A DNA stretch of 64,000 nucleotides, from contig JBQTHB010000003.1 of assembly GCA_052390235.1 (NCBI GenBank), positions 256,001 through 320,000 on the forward strand. Direction: 5' to 3'. Of this stretch, positions 30,731 through 39,973 are shown piece by piece. The number at the start of each line of letters is the position of its first letter. The first letter of the stretch is position 1. Source of the DNA: Deltaproteobacteria bacterium. GTDB taxonomy: Bacteria; Desulfobacterota_D; UBA1144; Nemesobacterales; CSP1-2. The notes beneath the pieces were generated by a model that had not been told where the DNA came from, did no database searches, and was given only the letters and a program-made list of their open reading frames with translations. Made by a program: the position numbers and the translations under genes.

Positions 30731-31729
30731 TCACTTAAGCGCCGTTATCACGCTAGAGGGAATGGCTTCTATCTCGTAGAATCTGATATTTCTAAAGCCG
30801 AGCTTCTGAAGCCATTTTATTATATCGCTTCTCTTATAAGCGTCTCCCTCAGGGGTTACCGACATAACGCTGAGGGCGAAAACGGCGGACGGCAGAGGGC
30901 GATACTCTTTCTCATCCATAGCGAAGCCGTGAATGACGACCATGCCTCCGACCTCGAGCGCGTCGTGGACTTTTTTAAGGAGTTTCATGTTTTCATCCGG
31001 GCTGAACATCTGGAGGATATTGGCGAGGAGAATTAAATCGTAGTTGAGTTTATCGAAATCGAGCGCTGCGAAATCCCCGGCTATGCAGGATACGCGGTCT
31101 TCAAGGTCGTATTTTTTGATATACTCCCTTGCCACGTCAAGCGCCTTGGGCAGGTCAAAGACCATTGCGCGCAGGAGGGGGTATCTCTTAGCCCACTCAA
31201 GCGAATACGTGCCTGCGCCGCCGCCTACGTCGAGCATCCTCCTGCGGGAGGAAATATCCACGGATTTGAGTATCGCCCGGCTTGCCTCTCTGGCTATCTC
31301 GTGCATCCCCCGCGCGAAGGTTTTAAATTCGGCCTCGTCGTGGGAGTATAGCTCCTTCATGGTTACGACGGGCTTGCCGCTTCTGACGACTTTTGAGGCG
31401 TCCGACCATACATACCAGAAATAGTGCAGAAGCTCCATGTAGTTGCGAAGGGAGGAGTCGCCCCCCGAAAGCAGAGCGCCCCTGAGATTGTCGGGAAGCT
31501 CGTATTTGTCCCCCTCTTTCACAAGCGCGCCCATAGCGGCAAGGGCGTTTGCGAGCGCTCTTACCCCCCTTTCACTCGCCCTCAGCTCCCAGGCAAGCTC
31601 CGTAACCGTCTTAGCGCCCTTCTCCAGAGCGTCGAAAAGCCCCATCTCGTGGGCGGTAAAGAGGGTTTTCGATTCCATAAATCCGCGCATGATTTTAATC
31701 AAATCCCTAGGGTCGGTAGCGGTGTTCAT
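30731..31729 (-). CDS. SAM-dependent O-methyltransferase with dimerisation domain
   Basis: LDVGGGAG, VFDLP, GDF; N-terminal wHTH dimerisation region. Confidence 0.9.
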   Translation of the reverse strand: MNTATDPRDLIKIMRGFMESKTLFTAHEMGLFDALEKGAKTVTELAWELRASERGVRALANALAAMGALVKEGDKYELPDNLRGALLSGGDSSLRNYMELLHYFWYVWSDASKVVRSGKPVVTMKELYSHDEAEFKTFARGMHEIAREASRAILKSVDISSRRRMLDVGGGAGTYSLEWAKRYPLLRAMVFDLPKALDVAREYIKKYDLEDRVSCIAGDFAALDFDKLNYDLILLANILQMFSPDENMKLLKKVHDALEVGGMVVIHGFAMDEKEYRPLPSAVFALSVMSVTPEGDAYKRSDIIKWLQKLGFRNIRFYEIEAIPSSVITALK

Positions 31730-31749
31730 TAAATTTGGAACTCCATAGG

Positions 31750-32094
31750 TTAAGTTTCGATTTTTACGTCCGCGCCTTCAATCACGATTCTATAAGTCTT
31801 GAGCGGATAAGAAGCGTCTCTGAGGCATACGCCGGTTTTTACCTCGAACATCCAGCCGTGATTGGGGCAGAGGATTCTGCCCTGATAGACCGGGGCGTAG
31901 GTAAGCGGGAATCCCTCATGGGGGCAGGCATTGCGCACCGCGCACAGCTCGCCGCCGAGGTTGATTACGGCGACTTCCCTGCCGTTGATGATGACAATTT
32001 TCCTTTTGCCCTGCTCGATTTCCCCCACTTTGGCGACGGATATAAGGGATGTGCCGGATTTGAAATCTGCTTTCGCTTGATTGGCGCGCTTCAT
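31750..32094 (-). CDS. Rieske [2Fe-2S] ferredoxin
   Basis: CPHEG...CPNHGWMF; start uncertain. Confidence 0.85.
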   Translation of the reverse strand: MKRANQAKADFKSGTSLISVAKVGEIEQGKRKIVIINGREVAVINLGGELCAVRNACPHEGFPLTYAPVYQGRILCPNHGWMFEVKTGVCLRDASYPLKTYRIVIEGADVKIET

Positions 32095-32238
32095 TGGGAG
32101 AGTTATTTTAACACAACATTGCGCCGAGTTTTGCAACGGGGCGGGAGGGATAATTATCTGGCGGCTGGGGGCGCAAACCGCAGACTCAATACGGGGTTGA
32201 GTTCCATTTTATGGCGCCGAGGGGAGGTTCTCGGAAAT

Positions 32239-32265
32239 TTAATCGTTTTTTAACACTGGCTTAAC
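32239..32265 (+). promoter_or_regulatory. 11-bp-periodic TTAA(C/T) direct repeats (OmpR/PhoB-type box)
   Basis: TTAAT 32239, TTAAC 32250, TTAAC 32261. Confidence 0.6.
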
Positions 32266-32316
32266 ATTCGAGATTCAAAGTAATATAGAGAATAAAAAAC
32301 GGAGACCTGATTTAAT

Positions 32317-32526
32317 ATGAGCGAAAACGACATTGCCGCCCTAGAGAAGAAAATCCAAGAGACCAAGAAGAGATACACGAAATTTATCTACGAGAGAGAA
32401 AAAAAGAGAAAGCGTGAGCACGACGTTCACTTCACCAAAAAAGACCAAGAGGTCCTCATAAAATCCTTTGTCATCGCCGGCGTGCTGGAAAACGGCATCA
32501 GAAAAATTTTAACCGGCATTTTCTAA
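32317..32526 (+). CDS. Small basic hypothetical protein
   Basis: GGAG SD; charged helical sequence; no overlapping larger gene. Confidence 0.6.
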   Translation: MSENDIAALEKKIQETKKRYTKFIYEREKKRKREHDVHFTKKDQEVLIKSFVIAGVLENGIRKILTGIF

Positions 32527-32726
32527 GCGACTTCAATCATTAGAGTCGCCGCCCCTCCAAGATGTGCTGGGTGGGGAGAGAGAATGCCCGCTCATGGCAC
32601 ACTACGAGATTGGAATATCACTTCCAGCTCAAACTAAAGCTACAATCAGATGAGATAGAGATTTATTTCATCGGCAACGGCGAGCCTCTGCCAGATTCCA
32701 GAGAATCTTGAGCGCAGGAGAAATCC

Positions 32727-32987
32727 CTAGATGTGGCTGTCTAGCCCGATGACCCCCCTATCTAAGCCCACGAGACCGTCCATAAACGCTTGAAGCTCCC
32801 GCTCAGCCGTATGTTCGTCGTAAAACACGCCGAGTATCGCCGGATACAGCGGGTCGGGAAGATAGGCTATGACATTGAAAATTTTAACCCTCTGCCCCTC
32901 TAGCTCCGTCGTCTGCTCCTCGATAGCGAATCCCGCAATATGGGCGAGCGATAGAAATCTGCCGCTTCTCGACCTTATGAATATCAT
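32727..32987 (-). CDS. Hypothetical protein
   Basis: GGAGG SD before ATG 32987 (MIFIRSRSG...). Confidence 0.65.
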   Translation of the reverse strand: MIFIRSRSGRFLSLAHIAGFAIEEQTTELEGQRVKIFNVIAYLPDPLYPAILGVFYDEHTAERELQAFMDGLVGLDRGVIGLDSHI

Positions 32988-33242
32988 TGATCCTCCCAAT
33001 AGACCTCTACAGAAACCCCATAGATGCCAAATTTATTCTCGATGGGTTTGTGAAACGCCTCGATTTTATCCCCGTCGAATAATCCGCCGAAGAAGCTCGA
33101 GAGGATTGAGGAGATTTTCATAGAGGGGCATCCGATGGATATTGCGATTCCCCCTCCTCCCCCCAGAGCATGGGACAGCAGACTCCCCCCTGGGGCGGCA
33201 TAGCCGGGCTTAATTGAACCTTACAGTGGGAAATGGCTGATT

Positions 33243-33569
33243 TTAAGACTTCTTGGATTTCTTTTGTCTTACTTCTTCTTTGAGCGCTTTCTTTCCGCCC
33301 TCGACCGCTCCAACTGCGGCGTACTGAACGACCTTTAGCGCCTTCTCGACGACGTCGGAGGCGGTTTTAATGATTTCCGATGCCGTATCGCCCACTTTCC
33401 GCGCGGCGTCCATTGGGAGCTTTGTAAGGTCGCTCCTCTTGGTTAAGCCGAGCTTAGACCTCAGGTCTTCGAGTTCTCTTTTTATCGTCTGAAATTCCTC
33501 TTCGAGCTTACTGCTCTGGGCTAATACCTCTCCGGTTGAATCTGCTTTCTTGGTTTTCTTCGACGGCAT
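33243..33569 (-). CDS. Coiled-coil/amphipathic hypothetical protein, last gene of the fez-like operon
   Basis: AAGGAGG SD 16 bp after the ATPase stop; C-terminal AAVGAVEGG. Confidence 0.75.
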   Translation of the reverse strand: MPSKKTKKADSTGEVLAQSSKLEEEFQTIKRELEDLRSKLGLTKRSDLTKLPMDAARKVGDTASEIIKTASDVVEKALKVVQYAAVGAVEGGKKALKEEVRQKKSKKS

Positions 33570-33585
33570 TTTATGCGTCCTCCTT

Positions 33586-35724
33586 CTAGCTTAAGATTTC
33601 CCTCTTTATCTCCGCCTCCGAACCGTTCCAAAGCGGCTTTATTGCGTTGATTCCGATGAGTATGGTTATCCCGTTGTTTATAACGGTTGAGACCACGGGA
33701 TTGAGCGCCCCGCCTACAGCCCCTACCATGCCGATGGAGTTTGCAAGGGTGTTGATTCTGTAATTCTGCTTAATGTTGCGAAGGGCCATGTCGGAGATTT
33801 GGATTGCCTCGATGAGGTTGTTCAGGTCGCTGTTGATGACCACGTCGGCGACTTCGATGGCGATGTCGGCGCCGCTGTTAATGGATATTCCGATGTCGGC
33901 AACCGAAAGCGCGGGAGAGTCATTTACGCCGTCTCCGAGGAAAGCTACTCGTCTGCCCCTTGCCTTGAGGGATTTTATAATTGCCGCCTTTTCATCGGGG
34001 AAGGCCCTTGCGTGAAATTTCTTGATGCCGAGCTTTTTGGCGACTACCTCAGCCGCCCCCTCGTTGTCCCCAGTGCAGAGGATAACATCCCTTCCGAGCT
34101 TGTGGAGAGCGCCTACCACAGCCTTTGATTCGGGGCGGAGCGGGTCTGCAACGCCGATGAGAGCAACAATGGAGGTGTTATCAACCAAATAGAGCGCCGA
34201 TACCCCTCCTTCGTGGAGTCTGTCCACGTCTTCTTGCACCTTTTTGGAGATTTTAATATGCTCTTTCTCCATGAATTTCGTGCTTCCAATGAGGAACTTG
34301 CCGCCGTTTATCTGCGCCTCGACCCCTAGCCCTCTGTGATATTTCGACTCCCTCCTCTGGAGAATTTCAAGCCCTTTATCCGCCGCCCTCTGCACGATGG
34401 ATTTCGCCACCGGGTGCGTGAGCCTCTGCTCTAGCGACGCCGCCAAGGCAAGGGCTTCGTCCGCCGAGACCTTGTAAGAGACAATTTCTGTGATTTCGGG
34501 GTATCCGACGGTGAGCGTGCCGGTTTTATCAAACACGATGGTGTCAACGTTGTGGAGAATTTCAAGGTGCCGCCCGCTCTTGATGAGAATCCCGCGCCGC
34601 GCCGCAAGCGCCATGTGAGACATAATGGCGGCGGGGGTGGAGACGTGAATCCCCGTGTGGTAATCGAATGTGAGCGTGGATATGGTGCTGTTGATGTTTC
34701 CCGTGAGGGCGTAGAGGGTTCCAGAGGTGAGAAATGTCGGGATAACAAATTTATTGGCTAGGTCTTCGGCGCTTTTTTGGGTTTCGATAGGCTCGTTGAT
34801 GCTCTCTTGGATGATGCTCACGATTTTGGCAAGGGCGGTCTCGTCGCCTATTTTATCGGCCGTGATGTAGAGCTTGCCGTCTTCGATAAAAGTTCCGGCA
34901 TAGACCCTCTCGCCCTTAGCCTTCAGCGCGGGGTTTGACTCGCCCGTGAGCGACGCCTGATTCACAAGCGCCTCGCCTTCATCAATTAGCCCGTCAATTG
35001 AGATTTTCTCCCCCGTATAGACGACGACGCGGTCTCCTTTTTGTATCTGATTGACGGGAACTTCAATGGCGTTGCCGTCTCCGCGCACGAGCCAAGCCCG
35101 CTCGTCTTTATAGCTGAGGAGTTTTTCGATTTCCTTCTTCGCCCTGCCTTGAGTCTTCTCCTCAATATAATCCCCTAGCGACAGGAGCCATACCATGAGC
35201 ATGGAGGCAAAAGGGCTGCCGCGAAGCGTCGCAATAGCCAGCGCGGATGAATCCAAGAGGTGAACGTCAATTTTCCTATTGCGGATGGAATTGATGGCTT
35301 TTCTGAATATCGGCAGGGCGAGGGCGAGAGTCATTACCGTCAGCGCCCCTCCCGAAACCGCCGCCCCTAGGGCAAAAGGCACGAGTCCCAGCGTCGTGGA
35401 TGCGAACCACCGCTTCGCCCCTCCCTCTGACTCGGCTTTGGGCTTTTTACCGTTTCCGTTTTTTGTTTGGGCAAGCGCGAAGGAAATCATCTGAGGCGTG
35501 GCAGTATCGAGCAGGCTGAGCAGCGCGCCGACGCTGAATTTCTTTGGGTCGTACTCGATGGTGAGCGTGCCGGTTCTCGTGCTTGCCTTAACCCGGCTCA
35601 CTCCCTCATTTTGAGCGATGAACTGCTCCAATGCGCTATCCTCAACGCCCGCGTATCTGAGGAAAATGCTCTTTATCTGTATCCTTCCCGGAAGGAATCG
35701 GCTGACTGTGTATGGTATCGGCAT
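33586..35724 (-). CDS. Heavy-metal P1B-type ATPase, P1B-6/FezB-like
   Basis: TGES, DKTGT, HP, TGD, GDGVND; N-terminal PGRI (HMA_2-like) domain; DYHTG...STP instead of CPC. Confidence 0.85.
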   Translation of the reverse strand: MPIPYTVSRFLPGRIQIKSIFLRYAGVEDSALEQFIAQNEGVSRVKASTRTGTLTIEYDPKKFSVGALLSLLDTATPQMISFALAQTKNGNGKKPKAESEGGAKRWFASTTLGLVPFALGAAVSGGALTVMTLALALPIFRKAINSIRNRKIDVHLLDSSALAIATLRGSPFASMLMVWLLSLGDYIEEKTQGRAKKEIEKLLSYKDERAWLVRGDGNAIEVPVNQIQKGDRVVVYTGEKISIDGLIDEGEALVNQASLTGESNPALKAKGERVYAGTFIEDGKLYITADKIGDETALAKIVSIIQESINEPIETQKSAEDLANKFVIPTFLTSGTLYALTGNINSTISTLTFDYHTGIHVSTPAAIMSHMALAARRGILIKSGRHLEILHNVDTIVFDKTGTLTVGYPEITEIVSYKVSADEALALAASLEQRLTHPVAKSIVQRAADKGLEILQRRESKYHRGLGVEAQINGGKFLIGSTKFMEKEHIKISKKVQEDVDRLHEGGVSALYLVDNTSIVALIGVADPLRPESKAVVGALHKLGRDVILCTGDNEGAAEVVAKKLGIKKFHARAFPDEKAAIIKSLKARGRRVAFLGDGVNDSPALSVADIGISINSGADIAIEVADVVINSDLNNLIEAIQISDMALRNIKQNYRINTLANSIGMVGAVGGALNPVVSTVINNGITILIGINAIKPLWNGSEAEIKREILS

Positions 35725-35759
35725 TTTTATTCTTTGAGTGATGAAACACTGCGCTGAAA

Positions 35760-35969
35760 TTATTTCTTGAGCTTCTCGGCTTCCATCTCGACTAGGGCGA
35801 GCTTTCTAGTTTCAATAGCGTGAAGGGCGGTTTCTATCTCCCTCTGCATCCCTTCGAGCTTTCTGCGCTCGTCAATTTTGTGAACTAGGTAGAAGCCAAG
35901 CAGGCCCGCTCCAATGCCGATGGCAAAAGAAAAGGGGTTTGAACAAAAAATTCTCGATAACAAATTCAT
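35760..35969 (-). CDS. Small GxxxG membrane protein (Fez accessory-like)
   Basis: FAIGIGAGLLGFYL followed by a coiled coil; AAGGAG SD. Confidence 0.7.
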   Translation of the reverse strand: MNLLSRIFCSNPFSFAIGIGAGLLGFYLVHKIDERRKLEGMQREIETALHAIETRKLALVEMEAEKLKK

Positions 35970-35989
35970 CTTCGTCTCTCCTTTAATGT

Positions 35990-36316
35990 TTACAGGGTCG
36001 CTTTGATTTTCTGTAGAACTTCCTGCTGTTTCTGCAGGATTTCGAGCTTTTTTTCCACGTCCAGCTTATAGAGATGCTTCGCCTCGGCGCTAACGTCAGC
36101 CCAGAACTCCTGCCCCTCTCCGACGGACGCCCCAAGCCAGTCCTTAAAAGCTATGACCTCTTTTGACGCCCCCACCCACAACGGCCTCGACTGCTTCAGG
36201 GCGATGCCTAATAAAAACACTCCGGCGACAGTTCCCACTCCCGCCAGAAAATATCGAGACGCAATACATCCGCCAATTGTCTCTCCCAACGCCTCCAAAC
36301 CTAGCAATTTAAGCAC
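35990..36316 (-). CDS. Small GxxxG membrane protein (FezA/DUF5132-like)
   Basis: FLAGVGTVAGVFLLG TM segment; E.W.DV.AEAK helix; AGGAGGT SD before GTG. Confidence 0.7.
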   Translation of the reverse strand: MLKLLGLEALGETIGGCIASRYFLAGVGTVAGVFLLGIALKQSRPLWVGASKEVIAFKDWLGASVGEGQEFWADVSAEAKHLYKLDVEKKLEILQKQQEVLQKIKATL

Positions 36317-36336
36317 ACTACACCTCCTCTATAAAA

Positions 36337-36714
36337 TTATCGGAATTGAGCTTTAATAAACCTGTTTACTATCATCGAACTTATTCCCCACTCCAGAAAT
36401 CCAACCTTCGGACCAAGCACCGTCATGAGCCAAAACGCCTTCGCCGCCGGGTCTGCGATAAGCGGGGCAATGAAGGAGCTAATGTCGTCCCTCGTAGCCA
36501 TCGGTTCCGGCTCTTTGGATATGATTTTATCTATCACATATGCGAATGGAGACGGGGTTTCATACTTAACCAGCGCCGTGAGGGAGTTGCCGCTAGAATC
36601 CACCTCAAGCAGACCGGGGACGCTTTGCATATTTTTGATGAACGCCTCTTTTTCATAGAGGTTTGAGAACTTGAGTCTAGTTCTCCCGTCAATATGGGAT
36701 ACGGGATAAACCAT
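36337..36714 (-). CDS. HMA_2-like domain membrane protein (FezC-like)
   Basis: N-terminal SHIDGRTRLK ferredoxin-like fold and a hydrophobic C-terminus; GGAGGT SD. Confidence 0.7.
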   Translation of the reverse strand: MVYPVSHIDGRTRLKFSNLYEKEAFIKNMQSVPGLLEVDSSGNSLTALVKYETPSPFAYVIDKIISKEPEPMATRDDISSFIAPLIADPAAKAFWLMTVLGPKVGFLEWGISSMIVNRFIKAQFR

Positions 36715-36784
36715 CGGGCGACCTCCGGTGTGCGGGCGCTAAATCGGGCAATAGTAGATTAAAGAGTTACTGTATATGGGAATT

Positions 36785-36812
36785 GTTAAGGAATTATTAA
36801 GGCTGTGTTAAG
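36785..36812 (-). promoter_or_regulatory. 11-bp-periodic CTTAA(C/T) repeats upstream of the fez-like operon
   Basis: Minus strand CTTAAC-N5-CTTAAT-N5-CTTAAC. Confidence 0.65.
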
Positions 36813-36917
36813 ACGGGAAATCCGAGCCGTTTATTTGGGGCGGCTATCCAAGTTTGAGGGGGGAGGCGACAAGGGGCTAATAATTGCTTATTCCGAAGCA
36901 CGAGAATCCCGACTTCG

Positions 36918-37061
36918 CTAGGAGCGGAGCATCCGAGCCCCGCGCGCCGCGATACGAACCGCCGCCGCCCCGATTTTCACTCCGATGACAAGCCCGACTC
37001 CGAGCATTACCCCCGCAAAGATGATTCGGCTATACGGCATGACGAGTATGAATTTACCCAT
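36918..37061 (-). CDS. 47-aa glycine-zipper membrane peptide (not in the ORF track)
   Basis: AAGGAG SD; MGKFILVMPYSRIIFAGVMLGVGLVIGVKIGAAAVRIAARGARMLRS*. Confidence 0.6.
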   Translation of the reverse strand: MGKFILVMPYSRIIFAGVMLGVGLVIGVKIGAAAVRIAARGARMLRS

Positions 37062-37085
37062 AACGCATCTCCTTCGCTGAAGTTT

Positions 37086-37487
37086 CTAAGTAACCCGCCT
37101 TGATATTGCCCTTCTCTCAGCGAGACGCTTCATGACCTCTTCGATAATCCGCTCCTTGGAGGCCCTTCGGGCGTCTATCGAGAGATTGTTCACTTTTGCA
37201 AACTCCGCGAGATAGGTTTTATCCCTACCAGCGATAAATTCTCTGATGGAATCAAAATTTTTAGCGGCGAAATCGGCGTAGAGCGACTCGTAGCTGCGGC
37301 GCAGGCTCTGCGGCGCGCGCTCGTCTTCAATCGGGGGTTCGCCTCCCAAGATGGCAGAGACATCATAAGCCGGCTTTTCCGCCTCGACTCTCCCCCGCCG
37401 CGCTAGGGTTCTAATCCCCGATTTGACCTCGTCGAGGAGTTTTCTCACCTCTCTCATCTTAGCTCCCGCACTGGTATGTCGGCTCAC
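37086..37487 (-). CDS. Hypothetical protein coupled to the ParA-like gene
   Basis: GTG overlaps the upstream TGA (alternative ATG at 37457); helical, basic C-terminus. Confidence 0.65.
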   Translation of the reverse strand: MSRHTSAGAKMREVRKLLDEVKSGIRTLARRGRVEAEKPAYDVSAILGGEPPIEDERAPQSLRRSYESLYADFAAKNFDSIREFIAGRDKTYLAEFAKVNNLSIDARRASKERIIEEVMKRLAERRAISRRVT

Positions 37488-38347
37488 GGCGCACCTCCTA
37501 AGTCGCTTTCAATGTTTATCCACAAATCCCCGAACCGCGCCGCGAAAGCCGCGGGAAAGCGCCTATCGGGAATCGCGCGTTTAATGTCCTCGCGCTCTGG
37601 GATTTGACACTCCCAAGCCCTGATGGAAACCCCCTGTCCGCGTTTTTTTGCGCATACGAATTTAACGTCCTCCCAGAGTCTCTGGGTCTCGCGCGTGGGC
37701 TTGTCGCCGCGGAGTTTCGCCTTGTTCATAAACACGCCGAATCCGGGACTTTGGGATGGTTTTATCCGCTCGGCGAGTCCGTCAATCATAATCTCGACGC
37801 CGCGCGAGGCGAAAACGTCCGGGTTCACGGGGACGACTACGAGGTCAGCGGCGCAAAGCACTGAGTAGGCAAGAGGGGTGAAATACGCGGGGCAGTCAAA
37901 TAAAACGTAGTCGTAGCCGAAGCCCGCCCTCGAAACCGCGCCGAGGAGGTCTGGGATAAATCTCGTCAATTTATCTCTCTGATAGCCCTCCCCTTCGAGG
38001 CGGTACAAATCAATCGCAGACGGGACAAAGTGCAGATTCGGCGCGATTTGATATACGAATGAGGAGTCGGCGGCGAAATCGAATTTTCGGGAATTGGCGT
38101 GGATTCTGAGGGCGTCGGAGAGGGTTTTTTTATTTTTCAGATGGGCAGTGTCGTACCAAGTCTCAAAGTGGCCGTATCTGTCCCCGCTTTCCTGAAGCTG
38201 TACGGCAAGGGTTAGACTCATCTGAGCATCAGCGTCAACGAGGAGAATCCGCCTGTCCGCCTTCTCCGCCGCGTATTTAGCGAGAAGCCAGCAGATGGTC
38301 GTCTTGCCGACTCCGCCTTTGAAATTTATTACCGCTATCGTTTTCAT
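37484..38347 (-). CDS. ParA/Soj-family ATPase
   Basis: NFKGGVGKTT deviant Walker A, DADAQMSLT, FDCP; start at MKTIAV. Confidence 0.9.
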   Translation of the reverse strand: MKTIAVINFKGGVGKTTICWLLAKYAAEKADRRILLVDADAQMSLTLAVQLQESGDRYGHFETWYDTAHLKNKKTLSDALRIHANSRKFDFAADSSFVYQIAPNLHFVPSAIDLYRLEGEGYQRDKLTRFIPDLLGAVSRAGFGYDYVLFDCPAYFTPLAYSVLCAADLVVVPVNPDVFASRGVEIMIDGLAERIKPSQSPGFGVFMNKAKLRGDKPTRETQRLWEDVKFVCAKKRGQGVSIRAWECQIPEREDIKRAIPDRRFPAAFAARFGDLWINIESDLGGAP

Positions 38348-38485
38348 AGTTTTGAGCCTCGGCTTAAATTGCGCTGCGGGGGGAGTGGCGCAATCCCCGC
38401 GAGCCGGATAATCCAATTTTGCACTATAGGGGATTTGAACGCAAGTGGGTAGCGTTTCACACCGCCTCAAATTTGGGTAATCTCA

Positions 38486-39400
38486 TTGCCGCCGATGAGC
38501 CGATTATCCTGCAGCAGAGAGTCCATTAATTCGGGGGAGCAGATGTTCGGAACTGCGCCTAGGGTGGATGTTTGGCTTCTCATCGAATACGGCGGGGTGT
38601 GGGGGAGGAAGGCTTTTCCCGCAAGCTCCATACCGGATGCGGCAAAGAATCTGTTGGGCGGCTGGCTCAATGCCATCCCAAATAGCAGGCTGCAGCTCAT
38701 AAAACGCCGCAGGAATTCAGAAGAAGGGCTAAAATTCTACGTCGCCGCCTCATCCGAGCGCGAGCCGAAATTATTTGAATTCACCATCGCCGGCTACGCA
38801 GACCTCCTCGGCTTCGACATCGGCAAAATCCTCTGCGGCGTCCCTACTCCCGCCACGACCGGCGAGGGGGGAAATATTTTTGCCGTCTGCGCTCACGGCT
38901 CGCACGACGCCTGCTGCGGCACGCTTGGGGCGCCCGTGTATCTCGAAGCCGAGAGGGGCGGAAATCCGGTGTGGCAGTCAACGCACTTAGGAGGGCATCG
39001 GTTCGCCCCGACGCTCGTGTGCCTGCCGGAGGGGATTTACCATGGCAGAGTCTCACAAGACGGCGTTTGCTCGCTAATGAGCCGCCATAAAAAGGGACTT
39101 ATCACGCCGCAGAGCTATAGGGGGCGCTCCTGCTACAGCGCTGAAGCCCAAGCCGCCGAGTTTTTCCTAAGGCGCGAGACCGGGCTTATGGGGCTTTCAG
39201 AGTTTCGCTTGATAAAATCCCAGAGGGCTGGGGATTCGGAGTGGACGATGGAATTCGGCGCATCGGGCGGGGGGATTTATAACATCCGCATCGGTAGGAA
39301 TTCATCGGCTCTGAAACTCATCACGAGCTGCGGCGACGATGAAAAATCTCCGGTTGCGCAATTTGAACTGCTGGATTTCAGGATAGGGAATTCACTATGA
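38486..39400 (+). CDS. Sucrase/ferredoxin-like (Apd1/Aim32-type) [2Fe-2S] protein
   Basis: WLLIEY.G.WG, CAHGSHDACCG, HLGGHRFAP, YRGR. Confidence 0.88.
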   Translation: MPPMSRLSCSRESINSGEQMFGTAPRVDVWLLIEYGGVWGRKAFPASSIPDAAKNLLGGWLNAIPNSRLQLIKRRRNSEEGLKFYVAASSEREPKLFEFTIAGYADLLGFDIGKILCGVPTPATTGEGGNIFAVCAHGSHDACCGTLGAPVYLEAERGGNPVWQSTHLGGHRFAPTLVCLPEGIYHGRVSQDGVCSLMSRHKKGLITPQSYRGRSCYSAEAQAAEFFLRRETGLMGLSEFRLIKSQRAGDSEWTMEFGASGGGIYNIRIGRNSSALKLITSCGDDEKSPVAQFELLDFRIGNSL

Positions 39401-39870
39401 TAGCCTCAGTCGCTTTCGCTGGCTCACAGCGACACTTCATACCGAGCCTTATTCTTGTCATTCTCACGAAAGTGGGAATCCCTAGTTCGACTCCGCTCCC
39501 TTCGACTCCGCTCAGTCTGTAAAAAGCACTGTCATTCCCGTAGAATTGGGCGGGAATCCAGTATTTATCAACACAGCATGGATGCCCGATTACTCTTTCG
39601 GGCATGACAAATCACAAAAATGCGTAACATGAGCCCTTAGACTCCGCTCAGGGTGAAGACTCCACTCCTCGAAATGACACTTCATACCGAGTCTTATTCT
39701 TGTCATTCTCACGAAAGTGGGAATCCATAGCTCGACTGCTCTCCCCTCGACGTAGTTTATTTATAGTGAGCTTAGCCGAACTACTTAGGGTGAAGAGGAG
39801 TGGATTCCCGCTCAGAAGACTGCGGGAATGACAGAAGGGGGAGCGGCTCGCAATGATAGCCTAAGCCCCT
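39397..39870. repeat. Cluster of dRS3/REP-like repeats; a roughly 65-bp unit occurs twice
   Basis: GACACTTCATACCGAG.CTTATTCTTGTCATTCTCACGAAAGTGGGAATCC at about 39431 and about 39677. Confidence 0.85.
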
Positions 39871-39973
39871 TCGAGTGTGGCAAAAAAATCCTGAGAGTGA
39901 AATTTTCCTCCTCCCCGCTCCCCGCCAAAGCCAAAGCGGAGAGGGAGAGGAGACCTAAGGGGGGAGGGATTAG

